Origin: Candidatus Scatosoma sp.
GTDB taxonomy: Bacteria; Bacillota; Clostridia; Christensenellales; Borkfalkiaceae
Assembly (NCBI GenBank): GCA_045656625.1
Contig: JAZORL010000185.1
Location: 1-53,239 of the forward strand
Length of the DNA: 53,239 bases
Direction of reading: 5' to 3'
Below, piece after piece: positions 9,596 through 19,745 of this stretch. The position numbers were made by a program, and so were the translations under genes. How positions within the stretch are numbered: the stretch's first letter is position 1; each line of letters begins with the position of its first letter. The notes beneath the pieces are model-generated. The model did no database searches. It saw only the letters and a program-made list of their open reading frames with translations, and was not told where the DNA came from.

Positions 9596-10482
9596 ATAAG
9601 TTGAGCGAATTTCAGATTCGATACAATCAATATTTGGCGGAATTTGAAAAATATCTGCAAGAGTATGCAGAAAAAATGGTTACGAAGCCCACGATTTTAG
9701 GCGATAGTATGCGATATAGCCTTTTATGCGGTGGAAAACGTGTGCGTCCCGTATTGGCGCTTGCGTGTGCGGATGCGCTTGGCTTGGACAAGCAAGAGAT
9801 TTTGCCGTTTGCTTTGGCGTTGGAAATGATCCACACGTATTCGTTGATTCACGACGATCTTCCTGCAATGGATAACGACGATTTCCGTCGCGGAAAGCCC
9901 TCGAATCATAAGCAGTTTGGGGAAGCAAACGCAATTTTGGCTGGGGATGCGTTGCTGAACGAAGCGTACTCGATTTGTTTCCAAGAATGCGCAAAAGGGG
10001 AAAAGTACGCCGTTGTATCGGCGTTCTTAAACGAATGCGCAGGGATTTATGGTATGATTGCAGGACAATCTGCGGATATGCAATTTTCCGAAGAGAACAA
10101 GGAATTGACTGAAGAAGATCTTCAGTACGTATACGAGCATAAAACGGGTAAGCTTTTGCTTGCACCCGTTGCGATGGCGAGTATTTTAAGCGGCAGTAAA
10201 TCCTATCTTGCCTTGGAGCAATTCGGTAAGCTTTTAGGCAAGCTTTTCCAAATGACGGACGATATTTTGGACGTCACAGGGGATTTTCAAACACTCGGTA
10301 AATCGATTGGCAAGGATGAAACGGAAAATAAGTGGACTTGCGTGCGTTTGTACGGCTTGGAAGGTGCGAGAATTCGTGCAGCGGAATGTGGGATGGATGC
10401 GCTTGCGGTTTTGGAAGGCGTGGAAGGTGACGTTTCTTTTTTAAGAGACCTCGTGGACTACGTTTTGAAAAGAAGCAATTAA
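9592..10482 (+). CDS. ispA: Polyprenyl (farnesyl/geranyl) diphosphate synthase
   Basis: First DDxxD region IHDDLPAMDNDDFRRGKP and second FQMTDDILD. The GTG start overlaps the folD stop (GTGA); TTG 9601 is an alternative start. Confidence 0.88.
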   Translation: MNKLSEFQIRYNQYLAEFEKYLQEYAEKMVTKPTILGDSMRYSLLCGGKRVRPVLALACADALGLDKQEILPFALALEMIHTYSLIHDDLPAMDNDDFRRGKPSNHKQFGEANAILAGDALLNEAYSICFQECAKGEKYAVVSAFLNECAGIYGMIAGQSADMQFSEENKELTEEDLQYVYEHKTGKLLLAPVAMASILSGSKSYLALEQFGKLLGKLFQMTDDILDVTGDFQTLGKSIGKDETENKWTCVRLYGLEGARIRAAECGMDALAVLEGVEGDVSFLRDLVDYVLKRSN

Positions 10483-10484
10483 TT

Positions 10485-11288
10485 GTGGGGAAAACCATGA
10501 GAGCGGATAAATATTTCGCCGAAAAATTCGGTTCGAGGACAAAATCGGCGGAAGCAATAGAAAAAGGGCTTGTGTTGGTTAACGGAAAGCCAATTAAACC
10601 AAAGTCTGAAATCAAGGAATCGGACGTTATTACCTTTCTTGAAGCGGAAGAATCCTTTGTTTCGAACGGTGGTTATAAATTGGACCGTGCATTTAAAACC
10701 TTTGATTGCAACTGCAAAGGAATGATTGTTGCGGATATCGGTGCGAGCACGGGCGGTTTTACTGATTGTGCGCTGCAATACGGCGCAAAAAAGGTGTATG
10801 CAATCGACGTAGGTGAGAGTCTTTTAGACGAACGCTTGAGAGGTGATGAGAGAATCGTTTGTATGGATAATACGAACGCGAGATACCTTACAAAAGAGGA
10901 CTTTGACAATCCCCTTGATTGTGTGGTGACCGATGTGAGCTTTATTTCTCTACGCCTGATTTTGCCTGTTATTTCCGAAATATTACAAGAGAACGGCGTA
11001 GCTTTTGTTTTGATAAAACCGCAGTTCGAGTGCGACAAAAAACATATAGGCAAGAGTGGAATCGTTCCGCCGATTGCGCATATGGATATTGTGAAAAAAG
11101 TGCTTGGCTATGCAAAAGAAAGTCAATTATATCCGCTTGGGATTGTCAATGCGCCTGTGCGGAAAGGGAAAAATATCGAATACGTTTTACATTGTGCAAA
11201 AAGGGCGGACAACGTAAAAAGGGATGAGGAACTACTCAATATCGTTCGAGAAATTGTAAAGAAAAATTCTTTAGGTGAACTGGAATAA
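10485..11288 (+). CDS. tlyA: TlyA-family rRNA 2'-O-methyltransferase (S4 domain + FtsJ-like)
   Basis: MRADKYF...LVNGK S4-like N-terminus and DIGASTGGFTD SAM motif. The start is GTG 10485 or ATG 10497. Confidence 0.85.
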   Translation: MGKTMRADKYFAEKFGSRTKSAEAIEKGLVLVNGKPIKPKSEIKESDVITFLEAEESFVSNGGYKLDRAFKTFDCNCKGMIVADIGASTGGFTDCALQYGAKKVYAIDVGESLLDERLRGDERIVCMDNTNARYLTKEDFDNPLDCVVTDVSFISLRLILPVISEILQENGVAFVLIKPQFECDKKHIGKSGIVPPIAHMDIVKKVLGYAKESQLYPLGIVNAPVRKGKNIEYVLHCAKRADNVKRDEELLNIVREIVKKNSLGELE

Positions 11289-11306
11289 AAACGTTAGGAG
11301 AAAACG

Positions 11307-12113
11307 ATGAAAGTCGGGATTTTAGGCAACGTTAATAAGGTAAAAAACGTAGAAACGATTGAATCGATTTCCAATTATTTACGTGAAAGCGGTTATGAAA
11401 CGATCCGTTTTCACACACACACGGAGATCGATGACGTAGACGTTGTAGTTGTGCTTGGTGGTGATGGAGCGATTTTGCATGCGGCGTTGGTTGCTGCGCA
11501 AAAAAACATTAAAATTATCGGCATTAATTATGGTACGCTCGGTTTTTTAACGGAGTACGAAAAAGCGGAATGGGAAAACGTAAAGGGATTGCTTTCTGCA
11601 TTGGATCAAGGGATTTGTCCGATTGTGAAACGTAGTTTGCTTGAGCTTACGATTGGAGAAAAAACCTATCATGCGCTTAATGAAATTGCCATTCAAAGGG
11701 ATTACGGCCTTATTTCTACAAATTCCACGCAAATATTGAAGCTGGAAGTGGAAGCGAAAGAAGGAAAGGATGCGATAGCAGGTGACGGCTTGTTATTCTG
11801 TACGCCAACCGGTTCGACGGCGTATTCACTTTCGGCTGGCGGTGCAATTTTGACGCCCGAAGTGCCCGTGTTTATGATGACGCCTATTTGCGCGTTTTCG
11901 ATGCGGTCAAGACCGATTGTATTCTCGGATGAAAATGCGTTTCACGTGCGGATATTGAAAGGAAAAGCGATTATTCAAGCGGATGGAAGAACGGTTGCCG
12001 CATTGCCTGAAGGGACGGAATTGCGCATTAAAAAAGCGCCTTTTACAGCGGATTTCCCTGCGAAGGAAAATTCCGACTTTTTTGCAAGAATTAGAAATAA
12101 ATTAAACGGTTAA
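11307..12113 (+). CDS. nadK: NAD kinase
   Basis: GGDGAILHAA and TPTGSTAYSLSAGG motifs. Confidence 0.9.
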   Translation: MKVGILGNVNKVKNVETIESISNYLRESGYETIRFHTHTEIDDVDVVVVLGGDGAILHAALVAAQKNIKIIGINYGTLGFLTEYEKAEWENVKGLLSALDQGICPIVKRSLLELTIGEKTYHALNEIAIQRDYGLISTNSTQILKLEVEAKEGKDAIAGDGLLFCTPTGSTAYSLSAGGAILTPEVPVFMMTPICAFSMRSRPIVFSDENAFHVRILKGKAIIQADGRTVAALPEGTELRIKKAPFTADFPAKENSDFFARIRNKLNG

Positions 12114-12136
12114 TTCAAAGGATAAGGGAGAAATAT

Positions 12137-12589
12137 ATGTTGAGATCGGCACGACATGCGAAAATATTAGAGATTATTTCGCATAAGGAAATTGAAACGC
12201 AAGAAGAGCTTTGTGCGGAATTGAATGGGTTGAATTACGTGGTCACGCAAGCCACGATTTCGCGCGATATTCGTGATTTGCACCTTTTTAAGGTGGCAGG
12301 CATTGAAAAGAAATACCGCTATGCGTATATCAACGATAGTGAAAGTGAAATTTCGCCGAAAATGAAAAGCTTATTCCGTGATTGCGTTGTTTCCGTAAAA
12401 GCTGCGCAAAACCTGGTCGTTGTAAAAACGTTGAGCGGCAACGGTGCGAATGCAGGTGCGGTTGTTGATAAGCTCAATCACGATGAAATTGTTGGTTCGG
12501 TAGCTGGCGACGATACTTTGTTGGTTGTTTGTACAGATAACGCTGGCGCGGAAACGGTTGTCAATAAAATCATTAATTTTATGAAATAA
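12137..12589 (+). CDS. argR: Arginine repressor ArgR/AhrC
   Basis: 150 aa with a winged-helix N-terminus (TQATISRDIRDL) and a C-terminal GTIAGDDT-like VAGDDTLLVV motif. Confidence 0.9.
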   Translation: MLRSARHAKILEIISHKEIETQEELCAELNGLNYVVTQATISRDIRDLHLFKVAGIEKKYRYAYINDSESEISPKMKSLFRDCVVSVKAAQNLVVVKTLSGNGANAGAVVDKLNHDEIVGSVAGDDTLLVVCTDNAGAETVVNKIINFMK

Positions 12590-12606
12590 ATAGGTGAAAT
12601 AGCTGT

Positions 12607-14307
12607 ATGTTAAGCAGACTTTGCATTAAAAACGTGGCGCTGATTGAAAGCGCCGATATAACTTTCTCCGAAGGCTTGAACGTTCTTTCGGGGGAAACGG
12701 GGGCGGGAAAATCGGTTATCCTTGATTCCGTCAATTTCGTTTTGGGTGCAAAAGCCGATCGAACAATGATACGTTATGGGGAAACGGAATGCTTGGTAAA
12801 AGCCGAATTTGAAGTATCCGAAAATTCGCAAGCCATTCAAGCCTTACGTGAAATGGATATAGATTCGGATGGCGAAATTGTTATTTCCCGAAAATTTACC
12901 GATGCAGGTAAAAATACCATCAAAATCAATGGTAATGCAGTCACGGCATCGATGCTTCGACGGGTCACGGATTCCTTGGTGGACGTTCACGGTCAAAGTG
13001 AGCATTTCTTCTTGCTCAAAGAAAGCAATCAGTTGAAGACGTTGGATAGCGTTGTGGGGAAAGATTTGCTTCCGCTGAAAGCACGTTTGGCGGACTTATT
13101 GCGAGATAAGCGCACGATAGAAGAACAAATCGAGCTTTTGGGTGGCGATGAACAGGAGCGTAGTAGAAGGCTGGATATTTTGCGTTTTCAAATCGATGAG
13201 ATACAAGCGGTCGCTTTGCAAGATGGCGAGGAAGGGGAGTTACAAGCGAAACGCAATAAAATTGTAAATTTAGAGAAAATTATTTCCGCTTTGCAAACTG
13301 CGTTGTCTGCGCTTGATGAGGAAAATGGAGTTTCCGATGGGTTAAGATATGCAACGCGTGCTATGAGCGGTATTGCAAAAATTGACGATGCGTACGTGGC
13401 GGTGTGTGATAAGCTGGAAAATATTGCAGCGGACGTAGACGACGTGGTGGGAATTGTCAATGATATGGCGGAGGAACTGTATTTCGACGAAAATGAAGCA
13501 GTGGAAATAGAGTCTCGCTTGGATGCGATTCGTGCGTTAAAGCGCAAATATGGTGCTTCTAAAAAGGAAATTGACGAATATTTGGCAAGGATTTCGGAGG
13601 AATACGAGCTTTTGTCCGATTGTGAAGGTCAATATGCGATTTTAACGGATAAGTTGGCAAAAGCGCGAAAGGAAATCTATTCCGTATGTACGCAAATTTC
13701 CGCGCTTCGCAAAAAAGATGGAAAAGCCTTTTGTGAACGAGTGACAAACGAACTGAAAACCTTAAATATTGTGAGCGCACAGTTTGACATTCACTTCGAG
13801 GATTTTACGGAAGCGGAGGTAGAAAAAGCAAATACAAGCGGTATGGACTCAATTTGCTTCCTATTCTCGGCGAATGCAGGCGAGCCAATGAAACCGCTTG
13901 GAAAAATTATCAGCGGCGGTGAAATGAGCCGATTTATGCTTGCGATTAAGACGCAGCTTTCAAGTATTAATGAGATTTCAACCTATATTTTTGATGAAAT
14001 TGACGCAGGTATCAGCGGAAAAACAGCAAAAGTTGTTGGGGAAAAGCTTGCAAAAATTGCGAAAAATACGCAAATTATCGCAGTGTCGCATTTGGCGCAA
14101 ATTGCGGTAATGAGTGACGTGGAATATTTGATTGAAAAGCACGAGTCGGCAGGCAAGACTTTGACGAACGTATATGCGCTTGATTCCGAGCAAAAAACGC
14201 ATGAAATCGTTCGCTTGCTTGGCGGTGGAGAAGAAGACGAGTTTGCGTTAAAACACGCAGAAGAATTGCTAAAACAGGCAAAAATGTATAAAGAAACCCT
14301 TGTTTAA
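12607..14307 (+). CDS. recN: DNA repair protein RecN
   Basis: N-terminal Walker A GETGAGKS, a long coiled coil, and a C-terminal SGGE signature plus IFDEIDAG. Confidence 0.93.
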   Translation: MLSRLCIKNVALIESADITFSEGLNVLSGETGAGKSVILDSVNFVLGAKADRTMIRYGETECLVKAEFEVSENSQAIQALREMDIDSDGEIVISRKFTDAGKNTIKINGNAVTASMLRRVTDSLVDVHGQSEHFFLLKESNQLKTLDSVVGKDLLPLKARLADLLRDKRTIEEQIELLGGDEQERSRRLDILRFQIDEIQAVALQDGEEGELQAKRNKIVNLEKIISALQTALSALDEENGVSDGLRYATRAMSGIAKIDDAYVAVCDKLENIAADVDDVVGIVNDMAEELYFDENEAVEIESRLDAIRALKRKYGASKKEIDEYLARISEEYELLSDCEGQYAILTDKLAKARKEIYSVCTQISALRKKDGKAFCERVTNELKTLNIVSAQFDIHFEDFTEAEVEKANTSGMDSICFLFSANAGEPMKPLGKIISGGEMSRFMLAIKTQLSSINEISTYIFDEIDAGISGKTAKVVGEKLAKIAKNTQIIAVSHLAQIAVMSDVEYLIEKHESAGKTLTNVYALDSEQKTHEIVRLLGGGEEDEFALKHAEELLKQAKMYKETLV

Positions 14308-14325
14308 GCGAATATTTTATAAATT

Positions 14326-14356
14326 TGAATAAAAAATACTCAATTTACGCAAAGTA
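14326..14356 (+). promoter_or_regulatory. Possible forespore (sigma-G/F-type) promoter of spoIVB
   Basis: TGAATA-18 nt-CAAAGTA compared with the consensus GhATr-18-CATxhTA. The -10 is imperfect. Confidence 0.3.
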
Positions 14357-14377
14357 GATAGGAACGGAGGAAAGACT

Positions 14378-15397
14378 ATGCGTAAGTTGGGTATTTTTAT
14401 TTTTACACTTTCGACGTTGTTTGTAGGAATGGCGAGCAGGCAGCCTATAACCCTCGCAAGTGCGGATTCGACCAAGCAGGAAAAAGTCGTATACGTTGGC
14501 GGAATGTCGGCAGGATTTACCTTAAAAACGGAGGGAGCGCAAGTAATTGGTACTTGTGAAGTAGCAACGAATGACGGTGTGTGCAGACCTGCAAGAGATG
14601 CGGGTGTGCGTGCAAACGATACGATTATGAAGGTAAATGGTATTAAAATTGAATCCATTACACAGTTAAATGAAATTATCAATAAAAGTAAAGGAAGCTC
14701 GATGAATTTCGAGATTTTACGAAGAAATAACTTGATAAATCTTGAAATAACACCCCAAAAGGATGCCCAAACGAATCGATATAAAATTGGGGTGTTGATA
14801 CGTGATTTTGTTTCGGGAATTGGAACAGTCACCTATATAGATAGAGAAAATGGGCGTTTTGGTGCATTGGGACATGCCGTAATGGGCGAAAATCGCAAAG
14901 AAATGCAAATTTTGGATGGAAACGTATATGCATGCAGTATTATCGGCGTAAATAAAGGTATCCGTGGGCGTGCGGGTGAGCTACGAGGCGCATTTTTGAA
15001 TGATAAACCGCTTGGAAAGGCGGAAAAACTGTGTGATTGTGGTATTTTTGGGGAGATATCCGTCGATTTTAAGACGGATGAGTTGATGAGCGTCGTGGCG
15101 AGTTCGAACAGCGCAATTCCTGGAAATGCGTGCATTTATACGACGATAGACGGCGTTTCACCTAAAAAATATGATATAGAAATCGTAAAAGTCGATAAAT
15201 CTAATAAAGAAAATAAAAATTACGTGATAAAAATCAAAGATGAGGCTCTCATTGAGGAAACGGGCGGTATTGTACAAGGAATGAGTGGCAGTCCAATTCT
15301 ACAAAACGGCAAAATGATAGGGGCGGTGACGCACGTTTTTTTGAATGACCCTACGCGCGGCTATGGAATTGACGTGGAAACGATGCTAAGAGAATAA
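14378..15397 (+). CDS. spoIVB: SpoIVB signalling serine peptidase (S55, PDZ domain)
   Basis: Signal anchor, PDZ region (GVRANDTIMKVNG), catalytic region GALGHAV ... GMSGSPIL, and position after recN. Confidence 0.9.
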   Translation: MRKLGIFIFTLSTLFVGMASRQPITLASADSTKQEKVVYVGGMSAGFTLKTEGAQVIGTCEVATNDGVCRPARDAGVRANDTIMKVNGIKIESITQLNEIINKSKGSSMNFEILRRNNLINLEITPQKDAQTNRYKIGVLIRDFVSGIGTVTYIDRENGRFGALGHAVMGENRKEMQILDGNVYACSIIGVNKGIRGRAGELRGAFLNDKPLGKAEKLCDCGIFGEISVDFKTDELMSVVASSNSAIPGNACIYTTIDGVSPKKYDIEIVKVDKSNKENKNYVIKIKDEALIEETGGIVQGMSGSPILQNGKMIGAVTHVFLNDPTRGYGIDVETMLRE

Positions 15398-15407
15398 ATT
15401 AAGTAGA

Positions 15408-15440
15408 ATGTCACACATAATAATTATGCGTGACATAGTA
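15408..15440. repeat. Near-perfect 29-nt palindrome (copy 1 of a repeated intergenic element)
   Basis: atgtcacacataat-a-attatgcgtgacat has 14-nt arms with 1 mismatch. Its core acataataattatgc plus tgacatagta recurs at 38028-38085. Confidence 0.7.
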
Positions 15441-15470
15441 GTTTTGGCTTGTCAGATAAAGAGGTGAAAA

Positions 15471-16685
15471 ATGAAAAAAATTGCAAGTATGGTTTTAGCT
15501 GTTGTGTCGTTTGGTTTTGTTGCGGCTGGCGCACGATTTTATGCAAAAAATGGCTTAAAAACGGCGAAAGCGGTAGCGGAAGCTGTGACAATGGATGAAA
15601 AACCAGCAAAGGACGTATTGGATATTTCCGCAAAGGCGGCGTATTTGATGGATAATTATTCCAAAACGGCAATTTATTCCCATCAAGAAGAGGAAAGATT
15701 GCCGATTGCGAGTATGTGCAAGATTATGACGCTATTGTTGTCTTTTGATGCGATTCGTGCAGGGAATTTGTCCTTTGACGAAGAAATTATGGTTAGTGAA
15801 AGAGCAGCTTCCATGGGTGGTTCGCAGGTTTTTTTGGAGGCAAACGCCAAATATTTGGTGAAAGAGCTTATTAAAAGCGTGGTGATTTGTTCGGCAAATG
15901 ACAGTTGCGTAGCGCTTGCGGAGAGAATTGCAGGTAGCGAGCAGATATTCGTTGATAGAATGAATGAAAAAGCGAAGGAAATTGGTGCGAATAATACGCT
16001 TTTTGCGAATTGTACGGGTTTACCCAAAGAGCCGCAATATTCTTGCGCCAAGGACGTAGCTTTGATGTTGAGCAAGCTTTTGGAGAATGAGGAATATTAT
16101 GGCTTTGGGAAGGTTTGGATGGATAAATTTGAGCATCCCGAAGGGCGATATACGGAAATCACGAATACGAACAAATTAATTCGTTTCTATGATGGTTGTG
16201 ACGGCGGTAAAACGGGATTTACGAACGAAGCTGGTTTTTGCCTTGCTGCAACTGCAAAACGAGATAATACCCGAATTATTTCCGTTGTGATTGGGGAAAA
16301 GGATAGTAAACAACGTTTTGACGATGTAAGAACAATGTTTGATTATGCGTTTGCGAATTATACAACGAAAAAGATTGTGCAAGCGGACGTACCGTTGGGA
16401 GAACGGGCAAGGGTTGACGGTGGAAAGTCAACGAGTATAGCAGTTGCGCCACAGCGAGACGCCTACCTTTTTTTGCGGCGCGGAATGCAAGGCGATATCA
16501 CTTCGGAAATATCCCTAAAAAGCGTAAAAGCGCCTTGTAAAAAGGGGGACGTTGTGGGGCAATTACGAATATATCAAGCTGGTGTAGAGATTGATAGCAT
16601 ACCGATTGTCGCCTATGAAAGCGTTAAGAAAGCAAACTTTTTTGATTGTTTGAAAGAGGTTGCGGAAGAATGGAATAAACATTAA
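15471..16685 (+). CDS. D-alanyl-D-alanine carboxypeptidase (PBP5/DacF-like, S11)
   Basis: Signal peptide and the motifs SMCK (SxxK), SAND (SxN) and KTGFT (KTG). Confidence 0.88.
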   Translation: MKKIASMVLAVVSFGFVAAGARFYAKNGLKTAKAVAEAVTMDEKPAKDVLDISAKAAYLMDNYSKTAIYSHQEEERLPIASMCKIMTLLLSFDAIRAGNLSFDEEIMVSERAASMGGSQVFLEANAKYLVKELIKSVVICSANDSCVALAERIAGSEQIFVDRMNEKAKEIGANNTLFANCTGLPKEPQYSCAKDVALMLSKLLENEEYYGFGKVWMDKFEHPEGRYTEITNTNKLIRFYDGCDGGKTGFTNEAGFCLAATAKRDNTRIISVVIGEKDSKQRFDDVRTMFDYAFANYTTKKIVQADVPLGERARVDGGKSTSIAVAPQRDAYLFLRRGMQGDITSEISLKSVKAPCKKGDVVGQLRIYQAGVEIDSIPIVAYESVKKANFFDCLKEVAEEWNKH

Positions 16686-16826
16686 AAATAGAGAAAGCAG
16701 TCCGTTTTTGCGAAAAAAAGCAGCAAAGACGGATTTTTCTATGAAAAATTACCTTTCAGCCGTTGCATTTTTAACAAATATTTGATAAAATATTTGTAAT
16801 GCGAATTTCCAAAAGAGGAAAGTCTT

Positions 16827-18158
16827 ATGAATGAAAGAGATACTTTGAAAATCAACGAAAAGGGACATTTAGAGCTTGGCGGCGCGGATTGCGTAGAACT
16901 GGCCAAAAAATTCGGTACGCCGTTGTACCTTTTTGATGAAGCATATATCCGTAAAATGATGGGTGTATATCGTGACACCTTGAAAAAGCATTATGGGGAT
17001 AACGGACTCGTATTATATGCGTCCAAAGCATTTTCTTGTAAAGCAATCTATCGCATTGCAGACGAGGAAAATATTGGCATTGACGTTGTTTCGGGCGGTG
17101 AATTATACACGGCGCTTCAAGCGGGTTTTCCTGCCGAAAAAATTTATATGCATGGCAACAATAAGCTTGATTACGAAATTGGAGAAGCCTTAGACGCAGG
17201 AATTGGTTGTATTGTCGCAGACGCTTATTCTGAAATCGACAAAATTGACAACGAAGCAAAAAAGCGTGGGTTAGTACAAAGAATTTTGCTTCGTATCAAC
17301 CCTGGTGTGGAAGCGCACACGCACGCGTTTGTGCAAACGGCGACAACGGATAGCAAATTTGGTTTTTCGATTTCCGACGGTACGGCGGAAAAAGCGACTG
17401 CGTATGCGATGACGAAGAAAAACGTTAAATTGGACGGTTATCATTGCCATATCGGCTCGCAAATTTTTGAAAAACAGTCGTTTGTACTCGGCGTGGAAAA
17501 GGTTATGGACTTCGCCGTTTCCATGAAAAACAAGTTAAATTTCACTCTGGAAACATTAAATATGGGCGGTGGGTTCGGTATTTGGTATACGGACGAGGAC
17601 CGCAAAATTTCAGCGGAAGGGTATGCGGAATATTTGGAAGCCTTAATTCAAACGGTAAAGGAAAAGGTTGCGCAACACGGCTTAAAATCGCCGTATTTGC
17701 TTTTAGAACCCGGTCGTTCGATTGTTGGGGAAGCAGGGGTGACCTTGTACACGGTTGGCGCAATTAAGGATATACCCGGTGTAAAAAAGTACGTGGCGAT
17801 AGACGGTGGTATGTTCGATAATCCACGTTATGCGCTTTATCAATCCAAATATACGCCGATCCTTGCCAATCGTGCGAATGAGTCTTGTACGGAAATAGTA
17901 TCTATCGCAGGTAAGTGCTGCGAAAGTGGGGACTTGATTGCGGTAAACGTACCACTTCCCAAAGCGGAAACAGGGGACGTCTTGGCGATTTTATCGACGG
18001 GTGCGTACAATTATTCTATGGCGATGAATTATAATCGTAATATGATTCCGCCGTGCGTATTGGTACGTGATGGCGAAGCGGAATATATCGTAAAGCCTCA
18101 ATCGTATGCGGATATCGTTCGCAACGACGTTATTCCGTCGCGTCTTTTGAAAAAATAA
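16827..18158 (+). CDS. lysA: Diaminopimelate decarboxylase
   Basis: PLP-dependent Orn/DAP/Arg decarboxylase motifs (YASKAF, HCHIGSQ, EPGRSIVG, CESGD). 443 aa. Confidence 0.92.
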   Translation: MNERDTLKINEKGHLELGGADCVELAKKFGTPLYLFDEAYIRKMMGVYRDTLKKHYGDNGLVLYASKAFSCKAIYRIADEENIGIDVVSGGELYTALQAGFPAEKIYMHGNNKLDYEIGEALDAGIGCIVADAYSEIDKIDNEAKKRGLVQRILLRINPGVEAHTHAFVQTATTDSKFGFSISDGTAEKATAYAMTKKNVKLDGYHCHIGSQIFEKQSFVLGVEKVMDFAVSMKNKLNFTLETLNMGGGFGIWYTDEDRKISAEGYAEYLEALIQTVKEKVAQHGLKSPYLLLEPGRSIVGEAGVTLYTVGAIKDIPGVKKYVAIDGGMFDNPRYALYQSKYTPILANRANESCTEIVSIAGKCCESGDLIAVNVPLPKAETGDVLAILSTGAYNYSMAMNYNRNMIPPCVLVRDGEAEYIVKPQSYADIVRNDVIPSRLLKK

Positions 18159-18209
18159 AGTTTACGGCTACTTGCATATTGAATGCAAAAGTGCCAAGTT
18201 TGAGTAGAT

Positions 18210-18917
18210 ATGAGTGAGATTATTGAACTTTTAGCCCAATTTTTTGCAGTTATGATAATTATCACGCTCCACGAGTATGCGCATGCGCGCGTGGCGTGTT
18301 GGTGCGGTGATCCTACGGCAAAATACGCAGGGCGAATGACCTTAAATCCAGTCAAGCACTTTGATCCGATTGGTGCGCTTATGTTTGCGGTCGCAGGATT
18401 CGGTTGGGCAAAACCCGTACCCGTTAATCCAAATAATTTTCGCAACTATAAAAGCGGCTCGTTTTGGACCTCGGCTGCGGGGATTATCATGAACTATCTA
18501 ACGGCATTTCTATTCTTTGGGATTGCGGCGCTTGGATATATGTACGTAATTCCAGAATTTTACGGCACGTATATGGAAATTTTCTTGTCGGTTTTTCTTG
18601 GGAGTATGGTGATATATTCGTTGAGCTTTTGTGTATTCAACCTTTTGCCCGTGTTCCCATTGGACGGTTTTCGCATGGTGGATGCGTTGACCAAGAAACG
18701 TGGCAAAGTATATTGGTTTTTAAGGAAAAACGGTTATTACGTACTGCTCGGTTTGATTTTATTGCATGTTTTTGCAGGCTATTTGCCAGGATTGGCTTAT
18801 ATCGACGTGCTTGGCTACGTTTTGAATTTCGTGAGAAATATATTTGGTTATCCAATCGAGGCCTTTTGGAAATGGATTTTTAAGTTATGCGGCAAAGTGT
18901 TGCCCATCACTATGTAA
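18210..18917 (+). CDS. Site-2 protease family (M50) membrane metalloprotease
   Basis: HEYAH zinc motif in TM1 and NLLPVFPLDG (NxxPxxxLDG). Polytopic membrane protein. Confidence 0.85.
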   Translation: MSEIIELLAQFFAVMIIITLHEYAHARVACWCGDPTAKYAGRMTLNPVKHFDPIGALMFAVAGFGWAKPVPVNPNNFRNYKSGSFWTSAAGIIMNYLTAFLFFGIAALGYMYVIPEFYGTYMEIFLSVFLGSMVIYSLSFCVFNLLPVFPLDGFRMVDALTKKRGKVYWFLRKNGYYVLLGLILLHVFAGYLPGLAYIDVLGYVLNFVRNIFGYPIEAFWKWIFKLCGKVLPITM

Positions 18918-18926
18918 GGAGTAAGA

Positions 18927-19745
18927 ATGGAAAAGGAAAAATTAACAATTGACTCCGTCAAAAACTTTGAAACGGAAGTGGAATACGACACCGTTTTGGA
19001 GAATTTTGAAGGTCCACTTGATCTGTTATTGCATTTGATTGAGCAGGAACGAATTGAAATTAAAGATATCTTCGTATCGCAAGTTACGGAGCAATTCTTG
19101 GCGTACATGAAAGCGTTGCCGAATCTTGATTTGGAAAAGGCGAGCGAATATCTTGATATTGCGGCGACGATTATCAATATTAAAGCAAGACGGTTGATGC
19201 CTTCCTTTGATGAGGATGTCGTAGACGATTGGGATCCCGAAAGCGAGCTTATCGGCGCACTCGAAGAGTACCGTGAGTTGAAGATTATGATCAAAGAAAA
19301 GGAAGAGAAACTGAAAGAACGTGAAACGGTCGGTTATTTCTTCAAAAAGCCTGATGCGGACTTGAAAGGGGTGAAGGTACAATATAAAGATTTTACCTTA
19401 GACGGACTCATCGAAGCTTTTGAAAAAATGATGATTCGTGTGGAAAATCAGCGAAAAGCCGCTCCGCCTGCACGTGAAATTCCGAAAGATATTTATACGG
19501 TGCGTGATAAAGTCAAACATATCCGCGCGAAAGTAGAAACTGCGGAAAAGATTCAGTTTGAGCAGCTTTTTGACGAAGATTCGTCCACGCCCGAAATCGT
19601 AACGACTTTTCAAGCACTTTTGGAACTTTTGAAGCATCAGTTTATTTTAGTTGAACAGGAAGAACTCTTTTCTTCCATCATTATAAAGAAAAACCCTAAT
19701 AGAAGAGAGGATGAAGACATTGGAGAAATTGACGAATATAATTGA
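18927..19745 (+). CDS. scpA: Segregation and condensation protein A
   Basis: FEGPLDLLLHLI motif, followed by scpB. Confidence 0.9.
   Translation: MEKEKLTIDSVKNFETEVEYDTVLENFEGPLDLLLHLIEQERIEIKDIFVSQVTEQFLAYMKALPNLDLEKASEYLDIAATIINIKARRLMPSFDEDVVDDWDPESELIGALEEYRELKIMIKEKEEKLKERETVGYFFKKPDADLKGVKVQYKDFTLDGLIEAFEKMMIRVENQRKAAPPAREIPKDIYTVRDKVKHIRAKVETAEKIQFEQLFDEDSSTPEIVTTFQALLELLKHQFILVEQEELFSSIIIKKNPNRREDEDIGEIDEYN

Noticed and set aside
16686-16826. A possible lysine (L-box) riboswitch upstream of lysA.
   Set aside because: The spacer is only 141 nt, and part of it is a terminator-like hairpin for the upstream gene (around 16699-16738). No L-box-like conserved helices are recognisable.
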